Counted from the whole stretch's first letter, positions 1-11,341 are shown. The stretch is 63,911 nucleotides of DNA, filler included, from Sphacelaria rigidula (GCA_964200075.2; 11 parts of 11 records of this genome joined end to end with filler, not necessarily neighbours in it); one strand, 5' to 3'. Numbers and translations are program-made. The notes: generated by a model from the sequence alone, not told the origin.

Positions 1-1389
1 AGGACGTCCGCCCCCTTTAGTCTCGGCATAATTTAGGCCTTGAGTATGACCGTCTCCGATTGACGTCGCGGATGATGAATAATAATTTCAGTACAATGCC
101 TCCATAACATTGAAAAGGAACAACACTGTAATGTGGGAGCATTTTGGGAGATTAGGCGCCCGAACACAGCGCACCTGACGTCTGATAATTCTAAAACTTC
201 GCGTATGTGCGGCTTGAAGCCGTGGGTAGGTATTGACGCAGCATTTACGGCGAACCAAGGCGTTTTTTGAGCTGCGTGGCTTGAAAGGGTGAAACCATGT
301 GGAAGTGTTTCGAAATAACTGCCACGCCGTGTCGCTTAACCTTTGAACAGCAAGCGTCACCTCGGAACAGTTTCATAGGCTAGCAGTCCGGAGACATTCG
401 TGGGTTTCCAGTGGCCGGCGGGTGTGGTTTTGAGGGGGAGGGGGTGTCTATCCGCAGAGGAGCCGAAAAGCTCACCAAGTCAACCACGTGTGTTTGGACG
501 TTCCCCGCGAAAAAATATGACCTGTGCACGAGGCCCGAGAGGCGCGGGATGCCCATTCTGACCAATCACTGTCGTCAAAATGAGCACGTTCTTCCGCTTC
601 TGGAGGAGTTCATTGGACTAATTCGCTGTCTGCCCCCACGACTCATTTCAGTCGTGGGAAATGAACCACCGATGAATTACATAGGTGCAAATAAACTCGT
701 TTTGTGTTGTGCTCAGGGTCTACGCCGCCTGCCTGACCTCTCACGTGCTGCCAGCATAGCTTCACACTGTCTGTAGTGTTGTTTTTTGAGCACCAGGCAG
801 AGGCATCAGCAGCATGCAGTAAATTGTGTTCAGTGGAGAGCGATGGCACACTTATACTGTATATTGGCGTTGTGTCCAGTGAAGACATACAACACACATA
901 CCTGCCGACTCTGCACGAGATTGGACCGTAGGATCAAAACTGGTCAGGGGTTCCCAGGGACTATTTCCTATATGGATGACAAATATCAACATGTTCATGA
1001 GAAATGCGTTTTGTGTAGCAAGAGCAGTTCCAAACCCCAAATGTGGCTTAGTCCAACTCAGTCCACCTGCGGTGGCGTCGCTGTCTAAGAGTTAAGACGA
1101 GACCGCACAGTCGAGCCGAAGGGCCAAAAGGGGAGAGTGTCTTGTGCCAAGGACCACTGTGAAGCTGTTCTTGAGGGGGGCAACGTGTCCTTGCAGACAG
1201 TGCCAGACATACCTAGCCGAAGGCCACGACGATCTGACGAGAACAGGGGTGGTTGCTGTAGTCTTTTTACTAGAATCGACCTGGAATTATTTGGGAGGAT
1301 ACTGCCACATGAATACCTTGAGCTTTCTCTGATAGTCCTTTTGCGGCACTCATCTCCGTTTCACTTGCCCTCAAAGTGCAATTTCGGCT

Positions 1390-1700
1390 GACGATCCACA
1401 CATGGGGACGATTTTTTGGTGAAGCAAATTATTTGCGCGAAGCACGCTTCTGTCCAAGTGCTGATTATCGGCATCCGGCCAAAATTGAAGAGCCGTTTGA
1501 AATCAGGCGAAAAACTACAAAATGGAACATGTCCTGTTTCACTGTACTGCAGCACAAACATGCTCACGTCCCCTTTCATGTGCTGCAGCTATCACTGTAC
1601 TGTGGTCTGGTTAGAACTTGCGAAGACGGCTTGATCTCCTCCGGGATTGTCAGGGCTGCTGTTTTTTCGGGTTCTTGTCTTCAGAAATGATATCGGTCTG
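1390..1700 (+). repeat. Dispersed diverged repeat module; homologues at ~49885-50080(+), ~50585-50660(-), ~50730-50920(+), ~63395-63605(+)
   Basis: Shared core ATGG(A/G)ACATG(T/C)CCT.T.TCACT..GTAC.GCAG...AAACA...TGTGCTG...CGAAGACGG aligned by eye. Confidence 0.8.
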
Positions 1701-3231
1701 GACGAAGTGCTGTCTACACCCTGACTGTGGACGTGTGGGCTGTTTCGTCTTCTCTAACACGAACACGAACAAAGTGCTGCCCAGACCCATCAGTTGCGCG
1801 ATACCAAAGATGGCTGGGTAATGCCACACAACCGGCGCCGGTGTACACCGCTCGACCGGCCGGGCCTGACCCCGTGCTCCGATCGAAGGAGCAATCCAAA
1901 GGACCGTGCGGTTATACTGTACCGTCAGGTTACTGAAACTCCCGGGCAGCGTGGTGGCCGCTGTTGCTGGCGAGCGCCAGGGCTCGCGGCCACGGAAAAA
2001 CGTCACCAGCCATACTAAGATGGGATAATACCGATGCACGACCATCGCGTTGACCCCCTGTGGCGGCAATGTACCGCTCGCTGTCTGGTCGTCTGCTCGC
2101 TGCTTTGCAACTCTGCTGCTGCTCTGTCCGTCTCGGCGCGACTGTACATTCATGCACTGCAGTACGTGCACTTCAGGCGTGACTCAAGTCTGCAGGCCAA
2201 TCACGAGCACTTTTCACTACATCATCCACTACAAATGTCGCATTTCAATGGCGCCACGTATCCGGAATTTCCTACTGAAGGGCCTCTGATTCGTTGAATC
2301 TTCGTTCGCCTGCAAAATTCTATCCCCGCGTATGGCGTTCAGTGTTTCGCCCAGTTTAGTGTCACGTTTTTCGCCACATCCCACACGCGACTTAGTGACG
2401 TAAAATAACTCAACAGGGCAAATGATGACAACGATGGCGATGCAAAGCTGTAGTACTTATCCTAAACTACCCCTCCGTTGAAGTCCAGTTCGATTCCATC
2501 CAGTAAAGCACACGAACGATCGACGAATGGCTGGAAAAAACGCCGACGAAATCTGTACAAGCCCAAAAGCCATTTTCCAATATGGCCGAATTACATTCGA
2601 CCGCAGCTAACTCACGCCGCACGATTGGCAGCCAGCTGAAACTCAAGAGGCAGGTGGTAATTGCTAATAGCGATCGTTTAGCATCAAACTCGCACCAATC
2701 AGTTCTCGGGATCGTGCGGAAATAGCAAAAGATGAATTTCACTATATGTCAACATTTTCATGTACAGCAAGGGTATGCGCAGCCGTGACGTCGAGGGCTG
2801 ATAGAGATGCATCTCAGCTACACAGAGTAATTTGATTTGTCTTTACAGCTGCTGTGTGTATTGAGATATTGTCATATCGGTGGGGGGTATTGGGACACAT
2901 GAGCTGCGGTGGAAAAGCGTATCAAATACTCCGGAGTACAAAGAAAGCCGGTATCCACAATAAGCCGGCGGCAATTGCGCCGCGTTTAGGTGTGTTCGTA
3001 GTCGTAAATATATTCTTCCACACTCTTTCATGGAAACAACAGCGTTGCCCGTCAGCAGAGACGATACTCGTAGTTCAAACATGGCATGCCGTTATAGCTG
3101 CGGTGGCGTGCGAGGTCGCTGCCCAAAACATAGCGTGCAAACACAAGCACATTGTCGTCAGCGACGCCGTGATCCCTCCACGTCTAAGGTAGATTCTAAT
3201 GGCAAACAGACAACGCCGAAAAATATTGTAC

Positions 3232-3830
3232 GAGCTGGGCCAGCTGACAGTGATCTGCGAATGTATCCGGGCCGGCTGGTAGGTGATCCGAAGCGTTGGG
3301 CGCTGAAATATGGTCACAATAATTGTTTCATCACTACGCACAACCTTCACGGGGATGCCAAGGAATATATATATATATATATGTAATATATACACTCAGC
3401 GCGATTTGAAGTTTCTGCAAAAACTAGAAAAATGCTATAACTCCATGAAAATAACTAAATACGCGGGCATAGCTTTTGTAGTTGTGCGTCCTCCAGTGGA
3501 AGAGATCCTGCTGCAATTGCGGCCAAAACATACAAAAATTTGGCGCAGCATCCAACTTTTCGTGTGGCACGGCTGCGCTCCTTTAATCCAAGTGATGCAG
3601 TTGACTCCAATTATGGAGGTCACGAGTTCGTATCCCGACGGATTCCTTTTTTTTGTCCCGTCGGTCAGGTGATACATGATGTAGTACATTTTTTTCATTT
3701 TTTTTTTATTCAGCAGCGGTCCCGTGCGTTACTAAGTTGGTCTGCAGGTCATACCGGTATGCTCAAGTCGGGCTGATGTAGAAAACTAGATTGCTCATGG
3801 TGTGACATGCAAATGCGGGATTCATGGCAG
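3232..3830 (+). mobile_element. Non-autonomous element with GAGCTGGGCCAGC terminus and internal tRNA-like cassette; far end eroded
   Basis: Terminus at 3232 after GTAC; 3400-3830 aligns with the reverse complement of 62745-63140, which abuts the same terminus at 62733. Confidence 0.65.
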
Positions 3831-5720
3831 TTTTTTTCTACATATTCACTCTTCTGCCAGAGTGGTCAAGTCCGGTGGAACAATCCGTGTCACGTTCGCA
3901 TTTTCCGGTAGTCGCAGATTTGTTTGGACTGGACTAACATTTTTGTTCAAGAATAGTCGACACGAGGTGACAACGGCGGTGGATTTCTACACCTGACCAC
4001 CACTTTATACTAAACTCGACTGATGCTCATAGTTCTTGGACGAACATACGACTTCGCCAGAACAAACTAGATACAAGCACCTGAATACGTTCATGTGACG
4101 TGACAGATTTTCCAACGATGGACGCAAGGCATACCGAGGAGGCAACATCCGCCCAGCCACCAGTTACGGCCAAAACGGAGAAGGAGGACGAAATAAAACA
4201 GTCTTCCAACATGTTGTTGTGTTTGCCGTAATAAGCGGTTTAAATGGAACGTTGCAAAAATCGACCCGATGTGTGATGCGTAAGACCAGTGGTGACACGA
4301 CCCTCCGGTTCGATGCAGATGGTGCAGAATCGATGACATCGACGAGAGTGTGGTGAAGAACACCATCCGATATTTTTTTTGTCCGACCGTTCAACATAAT
4401 AGTGATCCGGATGATTCCCGGCAGTTCTCTTCTTGCACGAACGCCATGGCGTCGAGACGCGAGCGTTGGCAGTGCTGCACGGTGAATCGAAAGGTTGGCT
4501 GGCGTACGATGGTGTTGTTTACATCAGTCTTCTTGCGTTGAAACACTCACTAGATCGACATTACTATGCAGCCCCATGCACCACAGGCGATTCGCTGACG
4601 GGCATAACCAGATCACCCCCCATACACTTCTGCACCCGACGGTGCACCGCACATGCACGAACCACCATCGCCATGTACATGAGACACGGCTCATGACTAC
4701 AGCCTGGAAAAAACCTCTCCATCGGTCATATCAACAGGTGCCGTTGGCGCGTTGCTCGTTCCACTCGCCGCGCCCCTTGCGCGTGATGCAGCCGACTCGC
4801 CCCTTGCATGCTTCGCTGTTGACCGGCCTGTCCCGTTGCGCGATCGCCCGCGTGCGCGGCCATCTACGCCGGCGGTTTCACTGATTCCATCTGGTCCCGA
4901 GTGCGCTCCCCCCACCACCTCCCTCCCGGCGCCGCGCTAGCGAGGCTCCTGACCCGTCGTATCAAGAGGTGTCCCTGGTGCGCTGCTCGCTCGAGGTGCC
5001 GGCCCCATTCCACGCGATGCAGTCGACCCGCCCCTTGCATGCTTCGTTGTTGATCGCTTTCTCCCGTCCCGCGATCGGCCGTGTGCACCACTCTGTCTGT
5101 CGCCGGTTTCCTCAGCGGGATTCGCGGCGGCCGCTCGCGGAGGGGGCGGGAGCAGGGAGCAGCGACCCTGGCAACCGCAGCTCAGAGTGCAGTTCCCCAA
5201 ACACCTACAACTCCGGCATCTGTGTTTTGACGCCGCCCTTTCCGGGTTGCATGCACATCTGAGTGTTTGCAGGTTTCCGGATGTGTCGACGTATGTGTGA
5301 CTCGACAAGTACAACACAATGTTATCGCGTGACAGCTCCGCCCCCGCTGTGCCAGACGATTTTCCACCACCCTTGTGGTGAGTCCTGGATCTCAGCAGGC
5401 GCCCGAACGTTGCATCCTATGAGTTAGCCCTGGGGATCCTCTACATCTTCCGCGAGTGTATGTACAGGGGGGGGTGTACTCATGATCATGCATGCCATAG
5501 TCATAAGACCATTGATAAGACCTGTACGTACAGGGGGTGGTCGGTTGGGGAGTTGAACACCAACACTTCTGATCGAGCGTGTCATCTACCCTGCCGTTCT
5601 CATGTTCTCGCCTCCTGTGGCGACGGAGGTATATATTCTCTGTCGTATGTGTCCTCCGTTCCCCGTCCTCCGACGAAGGCCATGACCGGTCTTGTCGGTA
5701 CGGCGTGGGGAGGGTCTTTT

Positions 5721-5820
5721 NNNNNNNNNNNNNNNNNNNNNNNNNNNNNNNNNNNNNNNNNNNNTTAATTAATTAANNNNNNNNNNNNNNNNNNNNNNNN
5801 NNNNNNNNNNNNNNNNNNNN
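5721..5820. other. Artificial contig linker; same linker at 11541-11640, 17360-17459, 23179-23278, 28998-29097, 34817-34916, 40636-40735, 46455-46554, 52274-52373, 58093-58192
   Basis: Identical 100-bp N/TTAATTAATTAA/N cassette (stops in six frames) separating segments of 5719-5720 bp. Confidence 0.98.
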
Positions 5821-5972
5821 GCTTTGTAGGGATGCGAGGTCAATGGTCTTATGACTATGGCATGCATGATCACGAGTACACCCCCCCCCCCAAAAGTGGC
5901 CGATTCGGGGAGGCAAAATATACACGAAAATCGAAGTGAAAAAAAGCCGAGCACAACGAGCAGCTGGGAATT

Positions 5973-6029
5973 TCAACGCTTGGGTTCGTTTTCGCCAATG
6001 TCGCCCGTATGATACGCTTCATGCACAGC
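5973..6029 (-). CDS. Possible terminal exon AVHEAYHTGDIGENEPKR* of the contig-2 gene
   Basis: CTGAC branch-like site, TTTCAG acceptor, phase 0 compatible with exon 7198-7278. Confidence 0.35.
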   Translation of the reverse strand, partial: AVHEAYHTGDIGENEPKR

Positions 6030-6318
6030 CTGAAACCAAATGTCAGGTGCAGTACGACCGTTTGTTTTGTGACAGTTTTGGGCTGTTTTTTTTCTTCTTT
6101 TGGGGGGGGAGGGGCTATCGTAGAAACAAGAGCAAAAAGAACAGGCCGTGGAAGCGGTTCCAAGCAGGTCCGGCCCAGCTATCCATGAACCATAATGCTT
6201 GAGCACGAACTCTTCCTCTCTCTCTCTCTCTCTCAGCCACGAGCTCTGCAGGTGTGAGACCCCAAATTCTGCTACAGAAAAATTACTCCACACGAGAAAC
6301 TAGCAGTCACTAGTGAAA

Positions 6319-7100
6319 TAGGGCTTTGTATGTAATATGGGTACCGATACACATTTGGTACTACCGATACATTTGATACTATCGGTCGGTCAATGTGGCA
6401 ATATTGTACCGAACATCGAAAAATCGGACCGATCACGGTCGACGAGGGAAAGGGACTGCTGAACCCCTCTCGCGATGAAAAAATATGGTAAGCACCGCAG
6501 AAGGAAGGTGGACTACTGAAAAAAAACTAAAAAGAACTCCTGTGTTGACCTCCCTCTTGTGTGACCCCGGCTGATGCACCCACATATATCGAAAGGTGTG
6601 GACTGGCGTCCAGAATAGATGGGATAACAACACACACACAAAACACACATTATTCGACCGATAATTTGAGGGAGGGGGTGCTATCCCAATTTTCCTGCCT
6701 CCACCGGCCTGCTTGCTGCGCTCGCCGCTATTTTTGCGATACATGTACGACTGCTGCCGAGATAGCCCCCCCCCCGAACCGGCCAAAGAAGTGCACGGAC
6801 GTGATGATCATAAATGCCGTTAGAGCTGGTTTCGTGCTGCACGACGCGACTCATTTGGGCGTTATAGCTGATTTCGGACAGCTACACGCCTCTCATGCTG
6901 TGGGCGGAATTGCTGCAAACGAGCCCAATAGTGGGATCGCAGCCGGTGTGTCGGACGGTCTCCGGTGCACTTTTTGTGGGGGGGCTATCTCGGCATTAGT
7001 CGTACATATATATTTATGCAAATATTTGTTCGATACATGGGCTCCGCTGAACTCCGATCTTCAATATTATACCGTTTGTTGTTACCGATACACAGCCCTA
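6319..7100. mobile_element. hAT-like non-autonomous element containing an inner inverted repeat (~6728-6800 / ~6955-7028)
   Basis: Ends TAGGGCT.. / ..AGCCCTA, subterminal ACCGATA repeats; inner IR TACGACT..GCCGAGATAGCCCC..AAGTGCAC. No matching 8-bp TSD. Confidence 0.45.
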
Positions 7101-7197
7101 CAAATAACACATGTGCGTTCCCAGACAGCTGGGGCTTCACAGTTTGATATTTTTTGGCTTGCTATTTTGTTTGGGGGAAGACTGTACTAGGAAGCAC

Positions 7198-7278
7198 CTC
7201 ACGTGATACGGGCTCCGCCTCTTCATCGTGGAAAAACATCCGCGGGCCCTCCGACTCCCTCCTCAGCAGCGGATACAG
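7198..7278 (-). CDS. Internal exon LYPLLRRESEGPRMFFHDEEAEPVSRE, uncharacterised protein
   Basis: Pyrimidine tract plus GCAG acceptor, GT donor, 81 nt open, phase 0-0. Confidence 0.6.
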
Positions 7279-7627
7279 CTGCACAAGAAAAAATATCGCG
7301 AGGGTAAAAATAACACGAAATGGAACGGGAAAAAAAGAAGAAAGAAAAAAAGCAGGCGTCACACGGAAGCGTGAAATGGTACGGTTATACGGGGGGGGGT
7401 TCGTGGTTGAAATATTCCGTGGTTGCTTTTCTTTTACTATAGCAGGATTCGATGTGGACACTGATGTTCGAAGCTTTAGGGGGTTGCTATTTTTCGCCCG
7501 AAGCACTCGCCAGCGGGCGCAGCACGCAGTTTCGCTCAAAGGGCGCTGAGTTGAGCTCTGAAAACGTACACCTTGCTTACCGTACCCTCCAGTTACTCTA
7601 TCGCCCCGAGCGTTTTTGTTTTACGTT

Positions 7628-7758
7628 GGGTCAGGGTCAGGGTCAGGGTCAGGGTTAGGGTCAGGGTCAGGGTTAGGATCAGGGTCAGGGTCAGGGTCAG
7701 GGTCAGGGTCAGGGTCAGGGTTGGGATCAGGGTCAGGGCCAGGGTCAGGGTCAGGGTT
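7628..7758 (+). repeat. (GGGTCA)n telomere-variant tandem repeat, interstitial
   Basis: About 21 hexamer units, with occasional GGGTTA, GGATCA and GGGCCA variants. Confidence 0.95.
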
Positions 7759-8531
7759 CAGCAGTTGGAAATTGTATCAATTATGAAGTAATTTGACGCG
7801 GAGCTCGAGTAAAACTGCTTCCACGAAAAACAAAAAAACGCAATGAACACGAGATGAATACAAGCGTGTCTTTGTTCATGTGTGTGTGTGGTATGATTGC
7901 TCCTTTGCCGTGGCTGTTGATATGACGATGACCGTACGAACTACTCCGTGGAAGCCTAGAGGACCGAAGAGGCGCCACCATGGTGACTGCAACATGTGCG
8001 TCAGGGGGGTCAGTAGAGGGGATGGTCCAGATATTGAGTGTCGCACACCAACTGATCCCTGAGGAACCCAGCCATGGTCATCATAAAAAAAATAGACGTA
8101 CCCAGGGTAAACAAAACGGAACGGAAACGCTCGCCAAAGAAAAAAAAAGTGAAAAAAAAACAAGAAGGAACAAACAAGCGCAGTAAAAATGCGAAACGCT
8201 TACGAAAAAAAAAATAAGAAGAAAACGAGTGAAAAACAAATCAAGGAGAGGAAAGGAACGGAACGGAGAAGAACTTGAAATAAAAATGAACATAAAATAT
8301 GAACAAACGAAATAATTAAACCCTAGAGGTGGTCGGCTCCTGCAGCATGGCTTCAGGTGTAGAAAAGGCGTACGCAAAAAAGGGCACATGCACCGATAGA
8401 CAAAAGAGCAAACAAAATGACCGAACCCACGAAAGGTCGAATTGCGCCAGCATTGACTTTCACTGCATCCTTTCCACCCGCGTCCATGCTCGTTTGCCTA
8501 CTCTGCACACCGCAAGGCTGCGTTGACTAAC

Positions 8532-8706
8532 CCTTTGATCGCGAGGGAAGTCATCTCGAATCCACGCAGGTGATGTCCCAGTGCGAGCATGTACAACTTT
8601 GATTTCAACATACCCATGCTCCTTCCTCGTAGTACAGTGGCCCAGGAAAAGCGATGTCGCATTGTGGATGCCTGACGCCTCGCGCATAAGCCGATCTACA
8701 GCGTAC
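8532..8706 (-). CDS. Possible exon YAVDRLMREASG...WIRDDFPRDQR
   Basis: GCAG acceptor, GTTAGT donor, open frame; the upstream phase does not match exon 11249-11341. Confidence 0.35.
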
Positions 8707-9585
8707 CTGCCGTAGTGCTGTTACGGTGTAAGGTCACATTTTATAGCGATCGGATATTTCTCGCTCATATTTTTTTCTTCCGTTGTACGAGCTGGGCGAG
8801 CTTGAAGCATTTTCTGGAGCTTGCTTGATCAGCCTTGCAAGGTCCGTTTTTTGAGAGTTAGAATTTTGACACAAGGTTTATGTTATCAAGACGCAAAAAC
8901 GTGTCGCGGTAGGCGAAAAAAAAAGAAGTTAGTGCCGAATTAAATCCAACTCATTATTCCGACCAATTTTTAGTATGTCATAGCTCAACGAATTCATAGT
9001 CATAGTTTTGGCTATCGCAGTGATTTTTTGCGTATTGACGTGAAGAACGTAACGTGTAAAATTTGTACTCAAAGCCCTCAAATTGGGCGATGCATTCCAC
9101 TTTGTGTGTGACACCGTTGTACCCCGTTTTTTTTTGTTTTTTTTCATTGTCGCGTTTCAACTGACCCCCCTGAGATCCAGCCGTGGTAACATGACAGACG
9201 TACCCGAGATAACACAAACCGAAACATTCGCTGAAGAAAAAAACAAGAGAACAGAAAAGGTAGAACAGAGGAACAGATTAGTGGACTACGAACAAAAAAG
9301 AGAAAGAGAGAAAAAAAAAAAAGCTAGCTGACATAAGGGACTTTCACGAGGGCGGAAGGGAAGGTCACGAGTTCGAATCCCTACAGAAACGTTTTTTTTT
9401 TGCAGGACCCGGTTCCGTCGTTGAGATCATATACTAAGCAGTACATTTATTGATTTCAATTTATTTGTGTTTAGCGGTAGAGCGTGCATCAGCAGGTGGC
9501 TCCGTAGTTCACAGCGATACACTTCACATCAGGCGAGTTCAATGCGGAAAACTGAAGGAATTGTCGTGTGCTAGGGCGCCGCCGT

Positions 9586-9896
9586 GCCCCGGTGGTGTAG
9601 TGGTCCGACTGTCGGCATTAGGGTGGGGAGAACGAGGGTTCGATTCCCGATTCGTTGGGTTTTTTCTTCGTAATGTCTGATTTCTACCGTGGAAAGCGTG
9701 AGAGCGTGAGTGAACAAAAGTAGTCGACTGAGTTTGTTTGACGTGAGGTGACGCGGCGCGGGAGTGCTGATGGTCATGATCCAACCCGCGAGACCAAAAT
9801 GCAAGGCGCATACGGGGGGAGAGAGGGGTTGATCCCTTGACACCACGGACTCATCCCGAGGAAGGGGAGGGGTTCAATGTGCGGCTGAAAAAAAAA
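9586..9896 (+). mobile_element. tRNA-derived SINE, full length; other copies ~12640-12785, ~13485-13960, ~23470-23606, ~24815-25110(-), 26005-26304, ~31765-32105, 58193-58320
   Basis: A box TGGTGTAGTGG, B box GGTTCGATTCC, conserved body, 3' CCACGGACTCATCCCGAGGAAGGGG followed by an A-rich tail. Confidence 0.9.
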
Positions 9897-10249
9897 GAAG
9901 AGAAGTGTGAGCTTCAAGGCGGACCCGGCACGTAGAGCACTTGACACCGGGAAAAGATCGCCGCCGACCACGTATTTTTGACTCTATGCCTGGCCTCACT
10001 GAGAGACGTCTGGCCGATTCCTACGGTTGGCTATTACGGGCTCCGAAGTTTCGAAAACGATTACCCGACGTAAATTCAACTTGAGAATATATCACACCTT
10101 GAACGATATGTGGTCAATAGCTGCAATAGACAAGTAATGTACTGCTTGAAGTAGGCCTAACGCGACTATTGTCGACAATGTACGGTCAAAAGTTGCAATA
10201 GACGAGAAACATACTGCTTAACGTATGGGCCTATTGCAACTATTGCAGA

Positions 10250-10370
10250 GTTGCAGTAGACAAGAAACGTACTGCTTAAAGTATGGGCCTATTGCGACCG
10301 TTGTCTGTCGGCCGACTATAGTCGCAATAGGCCCATAATTTAAGCAGTACGTTTCTTGTCTATTGCAACT
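10250..10370. repeat. Imperfect palindrome within an array of GTACTGCTTAA/ATTGCAACT repeats (~10100-10400)
   Basis: AGACAAGAAACGTACTGCTTAAA..GGGCCTATTGCGAC is mirrored by its reverse complement. Confidence 0.8.
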
Positions 10371-10734
10371 ATTGACTATATATTGTCCAAGGTGTGGAAT
10401 GTATCGATTATAAAAGATTGTGAAAAAGTTGCGATAGACCCATTTTTCGGTTCCCGGATGTGTTTTTGTAGAGTAGCCCTTTTCAAAACCTCGGAGTCTA
10501 GGGAATCGGAGCAAGTGGGGCTAGTACTCCCCTCAGTGGGTTGATGAACGATGTCCATGACACGTGGTGGCGATCCTTTATACGTCGGGGCCAGAAACGA
10601 TGCAAACACCTCCCCCTCGAAAAAAAAAGAGGGAAAAAATGTCATTGCCCAGAATACACGGCCTCAAATATTCCCCCGCCGACGCCGACCTGCTGTTTCT
10701 CTACTCGCAAAAAGACGTCGGATGTTTTTCGAGG

Positions 10735-11087
10735 GAGACGGCCCTGTTCGTACCACGAACGCGAGCTTGCTTTCAGGGACAGATTTCCACGACAAATTCT
10801 TGATAAATCGCATTTTCCCCAATGATAAAACACCATGCCCTGGACAATATGTCTGCGTTGTCGGAAAAAAATACTTGCGTACGTCATGGAATCTTTTGTC
10901 TATTACGAATAGTTTTCGAGAGAGACGGTACGTACCACGAACGAGAGCTTGCTTTCAGGGACAGATTATCACGACAAATTCTTAATGAATTGCTTTTTGC
11001 TCTCGTGGTGATACATCACGCCCTGAACAATATATCTGCGTTGTCGAAAAATGTTTTGCGTACGTCATGGAATATAATGTCTGTTAC
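10735..11087 (+). repeat. Diverged tandem duplication of ~170-185 bp (10735-10906 / 10922-11087)
   Basis: Both units carry CGTACCACGAACG.GAGCTTGCTTTCAGGGACAGATT..CACGACAAATTCTT...TGCGTACGTCATGGAAT. Confidence 0.9.
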
Positions 11088-11248
11088 AATAGACACACTA
11101 GTCGATACTGCACGCGATACACTTTTTGACAGTCTGATTTATTGTCCAGAGCGTGTGATCCACAGTACCGCCATCTTCCGATATCAGCCTTGAGGTACTG
11201 TAGAGGATAAAACGCCTTCGTGAGACTAGCACGCACGGCGACAATTAC

Positions 11249-11341
11249 CTGCCCATCTCCAGCGTATGACGCTAGTTGCAATTTATCCTCCCCCAACTCG
11301 GCTTCCTTCCCTAGCACGCGGTACTCAACAACGTCCAGCTC
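11249..11341 (-). CDS. Internal exon ELDVVEYRVLGKEAELGEDKLQLASYAGDGQ, uncharacterised protein
   Basis: TTGCAG acceptor, CAG|GTAATT donor, 93 nt, phase 0-0; joins in frame to 7198-7278. Confidence 0.7.

Larger units (their letters stand above)
88..5270 (-). pseudogene. Decayed intron-containing KDZ-like DDE transposase gene
   Basis: Ordered minus-strand motifs: CXC-like Cys cluster CACNP..CRSCRC..CTLSCGCQGRC (~5160-5255); CxC5-like SYNGMPCLNYEYRLC...TGFLCTPEYL (~2900-3110); ILENGFW (~2570); NTKRVYLHL..FP (~650-710); LLAY[D]NC with a 1-nt deletion (~375); AWQLF..WFHPF..CCVNTYPRLQAAHT (~200-330). Stops and frameshifts are present. Confidence 0.55.

Noticed and set aside
5465..5890. Inverted repeat spanning the first gap (also 34748-34986 read as one palindrome)
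   Set aside because: The halves lie on unrelated contigs and are copies of high-copy repeats
7198..7278. SUZ12 VEFS-box similarity (RMFFH...P...E)
   Set aside because: Match is only a few residues and no DSEDE segment follows
7573..7791. (RV)n or (GQ)n repeat protein
   Set aside because: Translation of the (GGGTCA)n tract; no splice or codon support
9586..9655. Functional tRNA genes at SINE heads (also 13485, 26008, 63852)
   Set aside because: No proper acceptor or anticodon stems; where sequence continues it runs into a shared SINE body
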